This document shows, piece by piece, positions 11,982 to 23,125 of a stretch of DNA of 64,000 nucleotides. The stretch covers positions 160,828,001 through 160,892,000 of the forward strand of contig OX597815.1 in assembly GCA_951406725.2 (NCBI GenBank). The letters are read 5' to 3'. Each line of letters begins with the position of its first letter. The first letter of the stretch is position 1. Under the pieces are notes generated by a model. It worked only from the letters and a program-made list of their open reading frames with translations, did no database searches and was not told the DNA's origin. The position numbers were made by a program, and so were the translations under genes. This DNA is from Octopus vulgaris. Taxonomy: Eukaryota.

Positions 11982-12496
11982 TATATATATATATAGAGAT
12001 GTGTATGTATATATATATAAATATATATAATTTTGGCAGTTTGCTTCATGAAATTTTGACATATACATATGTGTTTGTATATGTGTAAATATACATATAT
12101 ATGTACATGTAAGTGTGTATGTGTATATATGGTGATAATTAGAAACGCATCAGGAAATGATGGTAATGTATATTTTAGACATCTCTTCTAAAGAATGGCT
12201 ATGCTAATAATGATATAAATTCTATTAGCAGTAAATGTAATAAAAGGGTCTCATAACATCTATAAAATAGAATATAGATAGCTGTATAATTTTTAGCGAT
12301 ATCAGAAGTAATAACATAAGGAAGGGCATCTAATAACATAATATCTGCTTCTAAAGCTTATGCAAATATCTTCATTTGCATACTTGTTTATTATCTGTGT
12401 TCAAGGAAAAACTAATATGAATGTAAATAGAAAAGAGTAAAGAAAGTATTTATAATTAAATGTAATTTAAATTCATGATCCTCTGTGAATACATTA

Positions 12497-12897
12497 CAGT
12501 GATACCTCGCAGTATGAGTTTAATTCATTCCATGACTGAGCTCGTCTTATGATTTACTCATTTTACAAATCAATTTTCTCCATTGAAATTAACTAAACTA
12601 TAATTAATCCATTCCAGACCCCAAAATCCACTGAAAATAATTTTTTACGAGTTTTAAATCAGAAAAGATGTAGTTACAAGTAAAATGACAATTATAAAAA
12701 AAAAGAGAATGCAAACTGTAATTATAAAAAAGAGAATGTAAACTGGTTTTATTAACTGAATTACGTTAAAGATGGGATGATTAGTGTGTTCGTACTGCAG
12801 ATTTCTGCTCATACTTCAAAACAAAAATTCGCATGAATCTCTGCTCATACAGAAAATTACTTGTACAATGGTGCACTTATACTGCATGGTATATATG
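12497..12897. mobile_element. Tigger/pogo-type non-autonomous DNA transposon
   Basis: TA|CAGTGATACCTCGCAGTATGAGT ... ACTTATACTGCATGGTATATATG|TA imperfect TIRs with TA target duplication. Confidence 0.6.
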
Positions 12898-12900
12898 TAA

Positions 12901-12971
<71 letters not shown>

Positions 12972-13427
12972 TAGATGTGTATGTATGTATATATATTTTT
13001 TCTTGTTTTTCTTTTACAAAGTATTATGTGTCTGTTATAGGTATAGACATTTTGTGTATAGGAATGTTGATACATCTACACGATTTTTCTAATATATAAA
13101 ATTAATAAAGAAATAATTTCTGAAAGTATCAAATATCCATTAACCCTTAACTTTTAAATCATTGTTAATCACATATTATATAATTGTTTCTCAAAGTGGA
13201 TTTCAAGTTATTCCTAGTGTTCTTTTTCTTTTTCCACTGCCTTGAAGAATCTTGGTCAAATGAATCGGCCCCAATACTTATTAATTTTTATTTTTGTAAG
13301 GCCTGGTACTTATTCTGTTGGTCTTAAGTTACAGGGACATAAACACACCAACACCAGTTGTCAAGTGGTGGTTGGGGACAAATGCATACACAAAGACACA
13401 CACACATAGATTCATAGATGTGTGTGT

Positions 13428-14190
13428 TTGGAGATATGCTGTGCTTGAGAAGACCCGACAAGCCAAGTGAGACCATAGCCCTGGCCTATGCCAGTGGGTG
13501 TAACCAGCCAACTTATGGATACCCCTCATTCATTGGACAATAAACTTTGCTTGTGAGGCAAGTGAAATCAAATCAAAATCAAAATCACTGACAGTACCAC
13601 CTGATTGGCACTCATGTCAGTGAAGCATTAAAAGCACATCCAAATGTGGGGTGTAACCAGCCCACTTATGAGTACCCCTCATTCATTGGACAATGAACTT
13701 TGCTTGTGAAGACCAATTGAGGCAAGTGTAAACAAATCAAAATCACTGACGTGGCCGATGACAGTACCATCTGATTGGCACTCGTGCCCGTGGAACGTTA
13801 AAAGCCCATCCAAGCATGATCGTTGCCAGGGTCACGGAGTGCTCTTGTGCCAGTGACACATGAAAAGCACCATTTGAGTCTGATCGTTGCCAGCGTCGCC
13901 TTACTGGCACATGTGCTTGTGGCATGTGAAAAAACAACATTCGAGCGTGGTCGTTGCCAATGCTGCTGGACTGGCTCCTGTACAGGTAGCACGTAAAAAC
14001 ATCTTTTGAGCATGGTCGTTGCCAGAACTGCCTGACTGGCTCTTGTGCCAGTCACACATAAAAGTACCTACTACACTCTCGGAGTGGTTGGCATTAGGTA
14101 GGGCATCCAGCTGTAGAAACTTTGCCAGATCAGACTGAGCCTGGTGCAGCATCTGGCTCACCAGTCCTCAGTCAAACCGTCCGGCCCATG
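13428..14190 (+). mobile_element. RTE LINE 3' end: ORF terminus plus 3' UTR with tandem repeats
   Basis: WRYAVLEKTRQAK* at about 13428-13470; internal duplication 13497-13815; ~65-bp units 13780-14070; GGTTGGCATTAGG.AGGGCATCCAGCTGTAGAAA terminal block. Confidence 0.75.
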
Positions 14191-14229
14191 CCACCATGTG
14201 TGTGTGTGTGTGTGTGTGTACATTTGTGA

Positions 14230-14480
14230 GTCCCCCTTATCTAGATGTCATATGAAGGTTATAAATGATCATCGCTGTTATACAAATGTGGTTGTCCATT
14301 TCTTGCCTTCAGTGAAAAACTTGTCTGACCAAGAGAAAATATAACTTTACTTGGAAACAAGTGAGGGATGGCAGCGGGAAGGGCATCTGACTGTAGAAAA
14401 AAAAAACATTCTGCCTCAAAGAATTCCAACTGACCCATGCAAGCATGGAAAAGAGAGCATTAAAGAATGATGATGATTAT
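14230..14480 (+). mobile_element. RTE-like SINE tail ending in (GAT)n
   Basis: Homologous to 740-978, 24140-24340, 62330-62483. Confidence 0.65.
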
Positions 14481-15016
14481 GAGTGAAGTATATTTTGAAA
14501 GCAATTTGGGTGCTATTTTTAGTAGGTGGAGCTGTTCAGAGACTTCTTCACAAATATCTCATCACAAATAGAATGTGATATGTTGTCTGTTGCTTGACTT
14601 TACACATGAAGATAAATATCTATACCAATGTAGTTATTATGTCTACTGACTTCAGGCCAGGGAATATCCATTATCTAGAAAAAGAAAAAAAAAATACTAA
14701 ATCAAATAATATCTAAAAGTCTGAGTGGAATTTTTATCATAAAGATTATAATTTTCTGGAGTATTAATTCACTTTTTGGATCTTTTACTGTGGTTAATGC
14801 TGGGACACCACCTTGAAGGGTTTTAGATAACAAAAAAAAAAAATAATAAAAATAATAAAGAAAGAAAGAAAATCGATTCTAGTACTTACGTTTTTCCTTT
14901 TAAAAGTCTGATATATATTCTATCAATCTCTTTTGCCAAAGTTATGGGAACATAAACAAGCCAACACCAGTTGTAAGTAGGGATATTGTGTGACAAACAC
15001 AGACAGACATATATAT

Positions 15017-15069
<53 letters not shown>

Positions 15070-15611
15070 ATGGCTGTGTGGTTAAGAAGCTTGCTTCCCA
15101 ACCATGGGGTCTTGGGTTCAGTTTCACTTCACAGTACCTCAAACTGAGAGTCCAGTGCACTGATTTTCCTATGGGCCTGTAATACCATTAAGACAGCCTT
15201 TATCAGGACTGATTTAGTTCCAAACAACAACAGTAGCAAACTTTATATCCTCCTTAATGTGGATGTATGTTAGAACATCATATTACTGTGGTTATTTGCT
15301 TTGGGAAATCCTCTCATATAGACATCTTCTGCAAAGAAGCACCAAAATATTGGTAGCAGATGAGAATCATGCAGCATGGGTGGTACGTTGGTGATCTGAC
15401 CTATGCTGGGTATACTTATTTATTGTAAGATAAACTTTGATATTAGGAGGCAAGTGAAGTAAGTGTCTTTATGATGGGCAATGTGATAACAGAAATAGGT
15501 TAAACCTGTGAAGTATTTCAGCTGGTATGGCACAATACTGTTAATTTAATGAGCTACAACTCTTATAAGCATGAAATAACAGGAAGCTAATAAGGGATGT
15601 CTCTATATCAT

Positions 15612-16078
15612 AATTCGACAAGTAAGAAATAACAGCAAAATGTCCCTCGTATCACACTTTGTATCTTATACAAAAGATACATTGGATTATCGAGCTCCAA
15701 AACTTGTAAGAAATAGCAGCCAGATCTCCCTCAAATCATGCTCTACTATTTTAATCATAGGAAACATTGAATAATTGTACTCCAGAAATTTTTAAGAAAT
15801 GGCAGCAAAATCGCCCTCAAATCACACTGTACCATCTTAATCAATGGGCACATTGGATAATCAGGCTCCAGAATGTGTCAGAAATAGCAACCAAATCACT
15901 CTCAAATGACATTCTGTGATCTTAAAGAAAGGATGTATTTGTCAATCTGGTTCTAAACATATTGTGTGGACCCCCCCCCACCTACAACCGAACTTGACTG
16001 CATGATTATAGCTGGACAACCATTGATCATAAGTCTACTTACTCAGAACTGACCTCTGTCAAAACACCTAAAACAAGA
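15612..16078 (+). repeat. Interspersed repeat family E with its ~85-bp head tandemised four times
   Basis: AGAAATAGCAGCCAAATCTCCCTCAAATCACAC...CATTGGATAAT unit x4; single copies at about 3360-3548, 28213-28410 (-), 38340-38520. Confidence 0.65.
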
Positions 16079-16569
16079 ACATGATATCACCACAAAAATC
16101 ATTAAAAAAAAGATGACATTTTTTGATGTGTAACACATATAAAACATACTTAGTTAAACATTGTTACTTTTCCTCACCATTTTATTAGGTATTTCACTTC
16201 CATTTTACTTATTTATTTATCTTTTTTTTTTTTTACCAAATTCCATACAGAGCTGGATTAGATTGTTTTGTAGAAATTGTTGAAGCATAGTTTGTTGGTT
16301 GATTAAACAAACTATCATTCTTGAACATTACTTGTTTCCTTTTCCTTGACATCATAAGAGTAGAGCTAAAAAGAACATATCAAATTAGACGTATGTTGTT
16401 TCCAGTTGTTTGCTTTCATAAATACCTACAAATAAAACACTTATTTCCAATGACATTTAAATGGACCAAATAATAAATAAATAAAAAATAATTTTTCATT
16501 TTCCTGAATAAAGTACAGGAACTTATATTCATTGCACAGATATGACTACACATCAACCTATACTCACAT

Positions 16570-16825
16570 ATGTGTTTGTGTCGTAAGAAGTTTGCTTCCC
16601 AAACACATGGTCCTGGGTTCAGTCCCACTGTGTGTACCTTGGGCAAGTGTCTTCTAATATGGTCTCAAGTTGACCAAAGCCTTGTGAATAGATTTGGTAG
16701 ACGGAAACTGAAAGAAGTCTGTTGTTTATATATATTTTATATATCTGTGTTTGTGTTTATATTTGTCCTCCTACCACCACTTGGCAACTGGTGTTGGTGT
16801 CTTTGTGTCTCCATAACTTAGCAAA
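16570..16825 (+). mobile_element. SINE family A, partial
   Basis: GGGTTCAGTCCCACTG...CCTTGGGCAAGTGTCTTCT...GGTAGACGGAAACTGAAAGAAG. Confidence 0.8.
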
Positions 16826-16829
16826 GATA

Positions 16830-16877
<48 letters not shown>

Positions 16878-16900
16878 ATATACAGTTCTATGTTTAAGAG

Positions 16901-17240
16901 TGAAGGCGCGTGGCTCAGTGGTTAGAGCGTCGAGCTTACGTCGTGAGGTTGTGAGTTCGAATCCCTGACCGGGCTGCGTGTTGTGTTCTTGAGCAAGACA
17001 CTTTATTTCATGTTACTCCAGTTCACTCAGCTGTAGAAATGAGTTGCGACCTCACTGGTGCCAAGCTGTATCGGCTGCTGCCTTTCCCTTGGATAACACT
17101 GGTGGCGTGGAGAGGGGAGGCCGGTATGCATGGGCGACTGCTGGCCTTCCATAAACCACTTTGCCCAGACTTGCGATTAGGAGGGTAACTTTCTAGGTGC
17201 AATCCCATGGTCAGTGTCATGACCGAAGGGGGTCCCCCCG
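16901..17240 (+). mobile_element. tRNA-derived SINE family D, young, with 11-bp TSD
   Basis: A-box TGGCTCAGTGG, B-box GAGTTCGAATCC; TSD ATGTTTAAGAG at 16890-16900 and 17241-17251; CpG-rich. Confidence 0.9.
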
Positions 17241-17251
17241 ATGTTTAAGAG

Positions 17252-17488
17252 ATGAGGAATTTTGTACATTATTTGGATTTGATGCATATTTGTTCTCATC
17301 TTGTTTGTTGTTAACACAACGTTTCGGCTGATATACATTCCAGCCTTCATCAGGTGTCTTGAGGAAATTTCGAAACTGGGCTCGAAATTTCCCCAAGATA
17401 CTTGATGAAGGCTGGAGGGTACATAAGCTGAAATGCTGTGTTAACAACAAACAAGATGAAAACAAATATCCGTCAAATGTAAATAATG

Positions 17489-17490
<2 letters not shown>
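17252..17490. mobile_element. Fold-back Penelope-like derivative with a hammerhead motif on each arm
   Basis: ~110-bp inverted arms around loop AACTGGGC (about 17374-17381); short tail continues at 16880-16900 across the inserted SINE. Confidence 0.8.
17313..17358 (-). ncRNA. Minimal type I hammerhead ribozyme, intact core, GUU triplet
   Basis: GACAC-CTGATGA-A-GGCTG(GAATGTATAT)CAGCC-GAA-ACGT-T-GTGTT; palindromic helix III ACGU. Confidence 0.75.
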
Positions 17491-17547
<57 letters not shown>

Positions 17548-17619
17548 GTATATGTATGTATATATGTATATATGTATATATGTATATGTATATATATATA
17601 TCTGTATATATATATATAC
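17490..17619. repeat. (TATG/TA)n microsatellite
   Basis: Direct inspection. Confidence 0.95.
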
Positions 17620-18357
17620 GTACCGCATCGACTGGCCTCCGTGCTGTGGGCACGCAACAAACACCATCCGATCGTGGCCGTTCGCCAGCCTCTGGCACCT
17701 GTGTCGGTGGCACATAAAAACACCATCCGAAGACCCGGCAAGACTAGTCAGGCCATAACCCGTGGCCCCTACCTGGGACGTAGTCAGTCCACCTGTGCAT
17801 ACCTTCCTTCTTGTGACACTTGTGAAGACCTGTTGAGGCAAGTGAAAATCAAATCAAATCAAAACAAATCAAAATAGATGAACATCAATGGAATTTGTAT
17901 CTTTGTGGTACCAGTGCCGGTGGCACACAAGAAAATCATCCGAACGTGGCCGTAGCCAGTACCGCATAGACTGGCCTCCGTGCTTTGGGGACGTAACAAA
18001 CACCATCCGATCGTGGCCGTCCGCCAGCCTCATCTGGCACCTGTGTCGGTGGCACATAAAAACACCATCCGAGCGTGGCCGTCTGCCAGCCTCGTCTGGC
18101 ACCTGTGTCGGTGGCACATAAAAACACCATCCGAGCGTGGCCGTTCGCCAGCCTCGTCTGGCACCTGTGTCGGTGGCACATAAAATCACCCACTACACTC
18201 TCGGAGTGGTTGGCGTTAGGAAGGGCATCCAGCTGTAGAAACACTGCCAGATCTGACTGGCCTGGTGCAGCCTTCGGGCTCCCCAGACCCCAGTTGAACC
18301 GTCCAACCCATGCTAGCATGGAAAACGGACGCTAAATGATGATGATGATGATGATGA
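17620..18357 (+). mobile_element. Young RTE LINE 3' UTR with 62-bp tandem array and (GAT)n tail
   Basis: GGCACATAAAA at 18051, 18113, 18175 (period 62); CpG-rich; ends CATGCTAGCATGGAAAACGGACGCTAAATGATGATG. Confidence 0.8.
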
Positions 18358-18371
18358 TATATATATATCTG

Positions 18372-18409
<38 letters not shown>

Positions 18410-18530
18410 CATGTATACATATATGTACATATATATGTATATATGTACATATGTATATATATGTATGTATATATGTACATGTGTATATATGTATGTATAT
18501 GTATGTAATATATAGATAGATAGAGAGATA
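18357..18530. repeat. (TA)n/(TATG)n microsatellite
   Basis: Direct inspection. Confidence 0.95.
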
Positions 18531-18544
18531 AACTGGTGATAGTC

Positions 18545-18722
18545 CAACATAAAAAGCACCCAGTACGCTCTGTAAAGTGGTTGGCATTAGGAAGAGCATC
18601 TGGCTATAGAAATGAAGCCAAACAGACTATGGAACCTTGTGCAGTCCCTGGCCTTGCCGATTCCTATCAAGGTGTCCAAATCATGCTAGCATAGAAAATA
18701 AACTTTAAATAATAATGATGAT
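18545..18722 (+). mobile_element. Older RTE 3' end
   Basis: AAAAAGCACCCAGTAC...GGTTGGCATTAGGAAG...CATGCTAGCAT. Confidence 0.7.
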
Positions 18723-19369
18723 ATATATATGAGAGAGAGAGTAAAAATCAACCCGAAGCTATATAGTGAAGTTTTATATATACATCAACATAACACATAA
18801 TCTCTATCACATATTACAATGGGTCAGTATTTTTTTTTGAAATCGCTAATTTTGAAAAGAATTGCACTATACTATGTAGACCAATGAGAACTACTTAAAA
18901 ATATATAGTACAGTGTTACTATTGTAGCTCGCGCCATATGTGCATATTAGTAATATATGCTATGCTTTAAATATCCTACAGGAATATTGATTGATTATTC
19001 CATTAAAAAACCTGTATACACATTAGATTGCAATTTTGCACCTTAGTGTTGCCTTTATGCATGTTAGCATGGATTCTACATGCAATAAACATTGAATATC
19101 TGCTCTTTAAAATGGTATTTTACACAATTTAAATCAATTTCACACTCTGCTGTATTGAATTTGCACACTGTGTGTTGCATTTTTACAGGTTTATGTCAAA
19201 CATTAAAGATTTAATTATTCTATAGTGTTGAACTTCATTGATGCTTTATGAAATCAACCTAATTTATAGTGTTGAATAAAAGTTCTTTGTAATGTTATGC
19301 AATTTAGTATGAAAGACACTACATGCTTGTTTGTCATGCCATGGTAATAAAGCAATTCTGATTATAATT

Positions 19370-19700
19370 TTTTCTGCTATATGCACAAGGCGCAAAATTT
19401 TTGAGGGGTGGGTCTAGTCAATTACATCTCACTCCCCCGGTACCTGACTCATACTTATTCTATCAACCTTGAAATGATGAAGGGCAAAGTTAACATCAGG
19501 GGCATTTGAACTCAGAATGCACAGATGGACAAAATGCTTAGCAGCATTTTGTGCAATCTGCTAACAATTCTTTGAGCTCACTGCCTTACAAAAGGCAAAG
19601 TAAACTTTGGTGGGATTTGAACTCAGAATTTGAAGTCTTTGAATATAGAAGTATGAAGTATTTTTTTCTGCTGCTTTAACATTTCTGCCAGCTCACTATC
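19370..19700 (-). mobile_element. SINE family B plus tandem partial copy
   Basis: GGCAAAGT...ATTTGAACTCAGAAT...GCTCACT twice. Confidence 0.65.
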
Positions 19701-19786
19701 TCAATTGTGATAATAATGAGTTATGAGGAAGATAACACTGATGATATGTATGATTATAATAACAATAGTTTACATGAGCTTACATG

Positions 19787-20090
19787 TGAAGGTGCATGGT
19801 TCCATTGTTAGAGCAACAGGCTCACACTCATGAAGTAGCAAGTTTGATTCCTGAACCAGGCAGTGTTGTGTTCTTGAGCAAGACACTATTTCAAGTTGCA
19901 CCAAGGAATTAATTGTGATGTCACTGGTGCCAAGCTGCATTGGCCTTTGCCTTTCTCAGTGGCATCAAGAGAGGAGGCTGGTATGCATGGGTGACTGCTG
20001 GTCTTCCATAAACAACCTTGCTCAGATTTGTGCCTTGGAGTGGAAATTTTTAAGTGCAATCTCATGGTCATTCATGACCAAAGGGGTTCT
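19787..20090 (+). mobile_element. SINE family D, older copy
   Basis: Aligns with 16901-17240 (TGTTGTGTTCTTGAGCAAGACACT...CACTGGTGCCAAGCTG). Confidence 0.85.
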
Positions 20091-20134
20091 TTGCCTTTAT
20101 TCATTACATGAACTATTATTAATTGGCAGGCTAG

Positions 20135-20345
20135 GGTGGTGAGATGGCAGGATCATTACTGCAACAGGCAAAATGCTTAGTGGCATTTCATCTGTCTTTG
20201 CATTCTGAGTTCAGATTCCACAGAGGTCAACTTCGCCTTTCATCAGAGTTGATAAAATAAGGACCAGCTGATCAACGGGTTTGATGTAATCAATTTACCC
20301 CTCCCCAAAAATTACTGGCCTTGCACCAAAATCAGAAACCATTAT
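20135..20345 (+). mobile_element. SINE family B
   Basis: Aligns with 57401-57615. Confidence 0.75.
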
Positions 20346-20934
20346 TAATTGGTAGACTTAGCATCTACTGCTTAGTTTGGCATCACCACCTGACACCTTG
20401 GGTGCCTTTTGTAAAGTCCATTGTTTTGCAAGCTTTTAGGCAAGGCTTCCAATTTGAGGATACATTCCTCTCTCCTTCCCTGTCACTAAATTTAAAAGGA
20501 ATGCCTATGAAGGATCATCTTGGCTAGAAAGCAAGATGATAAAATAAGTGAATAAATAAATGAATAAAATGAAAATTACTTTTGAAATTAGTGTTGAAAC
20601 TTTGTATCACTAATATAGTCCTGTGTGATGGTTTCTAATGTCTGTTTCTGCTTGTCCGACATGTCGGTTGAAAACATATCTGATAATCGTCGACTAACAG
20701 CTATTTCTTTGATGTTGATGATGCTGACTTAAACAAAGTTAATTACATTTATTAAAAGAAATGTAATTATAAATTTTGAAAAAATCATTTTAATTAAAAA
20801 AAAATGGAAAAAATAAATTGACACAAGATGACAGATTATTTTTGCAAATTAATTTACAAATAACAAGACATATTGGTTAGATCAATGGGTAGTTATTTCT
20901 GTTGAACTAAATTTCAATTTTTCTTAACTTATAC

Positions 20935-21705
20935 GGTGTGTGTGTGGTAAGAAGCTTACTTCCCAACCACATAGTTTTGGATTCAGTTCTGTTGTGTTGC
21001 ACCAAGGGCAAGTGGCTTCTACTATAGCTTCTTTCCAACCAAAACCTTCTGAGCGGATTTGGTAGACAGAAACTGAAAGAAACCTATTGTTTGTGTATTG
21101 ATGCACATATGTGTGTGTATGCTTGTAACTCCCCATCATTTGACAAGTGGTGTTAGTTTGTTTACATGCCTGCCTCTTAGCAGTTTGACAAAAGCAACTG
21201 ATTTTAAAAAAAGAAAAAGAACTGGGGTCGATTTGTTTGACTAAAACCCAGTATGGCCATAGTCCAATGACTGTAGCAAGCAAAAAATAAAGATAAAGAT
21301 AGTTGGTAATGCATTGCTCTATGGTAAGATGTTTGCTCCCCAACCATACAGTGTTGGATTCAGTCCCACTACATGCCACCTAGGGCAAGTGTCTTCTACT
21401 AGTCTTAGGTTAACCAGAGTTTTGTGAGTGGATTTGGTTGATGGAAAATAAAAGAAACCTGTCATATATCTATTTGGGTTTTTCTATCTGTATTTGTCCC
21501 CCTCCTCACCTCTTGACAATGTCTTTTTTTTTCCATCTGTGTAACTTAGCAGGTTAACAAAAGAGACCAATAGAAAAAGTACCAGGATCAAAAACATAAA
21601 AATGAAAATAAGTAGTGCAGCTGATTTGTTCAACTAAAATTCTTCAAGTCAGTGCCCCAGCATGGCCACAGTCAAATCACTGAAACAAGTAAAAGATCAA
21701 AGATA
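20935..21705 (+). mobile_element. Two tandem SINE family A copies (about 20935-21300 and 21305-21705)
   Basis: Each has head GGTAAGA...CCCAACCA...GGGCAAGTG and an A-rich tail after ATGGCCA.AGTC. Confidence 0.75.
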
Positions 21706-21725
21706 AACGATACATGTAATGCATC

Positions 21726-21771
<46 letters not shown>

Positions 21772-22186
21772 GATAAACGTGAAATTCTGTCTGTCCCTCT
21801 GTCCATCCAGGACTTTTGTATCTTGGTCTACATTTGTTCTACACAGACATATTATACCATTTTGGAATCATGATGATCCTAGGATTGAAAATCTGCCCTT
21901 CATTTGGTTCTTGAACATCCAGCATTGAGAACAAATCTAGATGAAGATTTGTTATATGCTAACAGTTGAAAGTTCAAATTTTAAAGGAACTCCAAAAACT
22001 TGTTAACTAACAAATTTTTCATTTAAACTGAATTTAAAGCAATACCATATTGGTAGGGTACCAATAAATGCTTTATTATCATTGCTTTCTTTAGTTTTGG
22101 GTTTCTGGCCCAATTAGCCCTCCACAGGAGCTAGCTTAAAAGTCTGCACTCCGTGCGAACTTTTAAGCTAGTATATATATTTATAT

Positions 22187-22386
22187 TTTTATTAAAGCTG
22201 AGAAAATCTTTAGAAAATCTTTACTCAGAGTTTCATGTTACCATTCATTGACAGTTACAACTAATCAACAAATGGTAATATGAATCACTAAATAACAGCT
22301 TGTGAATATTATTTTCAGCTTAATAAAAGCATATTAATCTACCTTCGGTAGTTGAGTATTATTTCTTCCACCTTGTTTTGCATTTA
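22187..22386. mobile_element. Fold-back remnant with degenerate hammerhead motif
   Basis: TTTTATTAAAGCTGAGAAAAT / ATTTTCAGCTTAATAAAA arms plus tail; minus strand 22221-22254 CAATGA-ATG(GTAA)CAT-GAA-ACTCTGAGT-A. Confidence 0.5.
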
Positions 22387-22397
22387 AGTGCTTAGTC

Positions 22398-22437
<40 letters not shown>

Positions 22438-22439
22438 CT

Positions 22440-22602
22440 TTTCCTTTTTTTCTTCTTTTTTTCTTTTTTTTGTTCTTTTTTCCCTTTTACGATCCCTTTT
22501 GATTGAAAACCTACGCCACCTTTTTTTTTTCTTCCCCAAAAGAAAAGCTCTACCTTGTAACTTGTCCCATCTGTGTGCAGCCCTGTGTGGCCAATAAAGA
22601 AA
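22440..22602 (+). mobile_element. Non-LTR retrotransposon 3' end inserted in (TCTA)n
   Basis: Ends CAGCCCTGTGTGGCCAATAAAGAAA; (TCTA)n on both sides; tail resembles young SINE B tail. Confidence 0.55.
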
Positions 22603-22904
22603 CTTATCTATCTATCTATCTATTTATCTATCTACACACACACATATATATACACACACACACATACAATGGCCTTTCTACAGTTTCTGTCTACGAAATT
22701 CTCTCCCAAGGTATTGGTTAGCTTGGAGTCAATGTAGAAGAGATCTACCCAATGTTTGCATGTGGTTGTAATGGAAACTACTGAACCATGCAGCCATATC
22801 TGCACTAGATAGATACAAATCCATGACTGCTTTCAGGAAAACAATTTATGTAATATATCTATAAGTTCTGCTTAGCTCTCCAATTTAAATTTGATTCTTT
22901 TTAA

Positions 22905-23125
22905 CCCTTTGATATTCAGATTATTCTGAATATATTAATACTTATTTATTCACATTGCTTTGAATTAATCCTGTACCACCTTGCATCTTTCAAAATTTCA
23001 ATGAAGTGATTGTATATTTTTAGAATGATTTTGTAGGGTAGTTGTGAGATGTCAGAATTGGCTTATTCAATTGTGAAACAAATAAGATATTTGGGTTGGA
23101 TGTGGCCGTTTTATATGCTAAAGTG
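22905..23125 (+). mobile_element. piggyBac-type MITE family 1
   Basis: TTAA|CCCTTTGATATT...ATGCTAAAGTG|TTAA. Confidence 0.75.

Noticed and set aside
16901-16975. tRNA gene (also 187-265, 10800-10878, 47296-47372)
   Set aside because: The cloverleaf is imperfect and each is followed by a shared SINE body, two with TSDs; these are SINE heads.
17914-18191. CRISPR-like array (constant block plus variable segment)
   Set aside because: Variable parts are short related hairpin loops, not unique spacers; the array lies in an RTE 3' UTR of a eukaryotic genome and there are no cas genes.
17217-18335. Overlapping GC-rich ORFs as a real gene
   Set aside because: They run through a hairpin element, a microsatellite and the RTE 3' UTR repeats.
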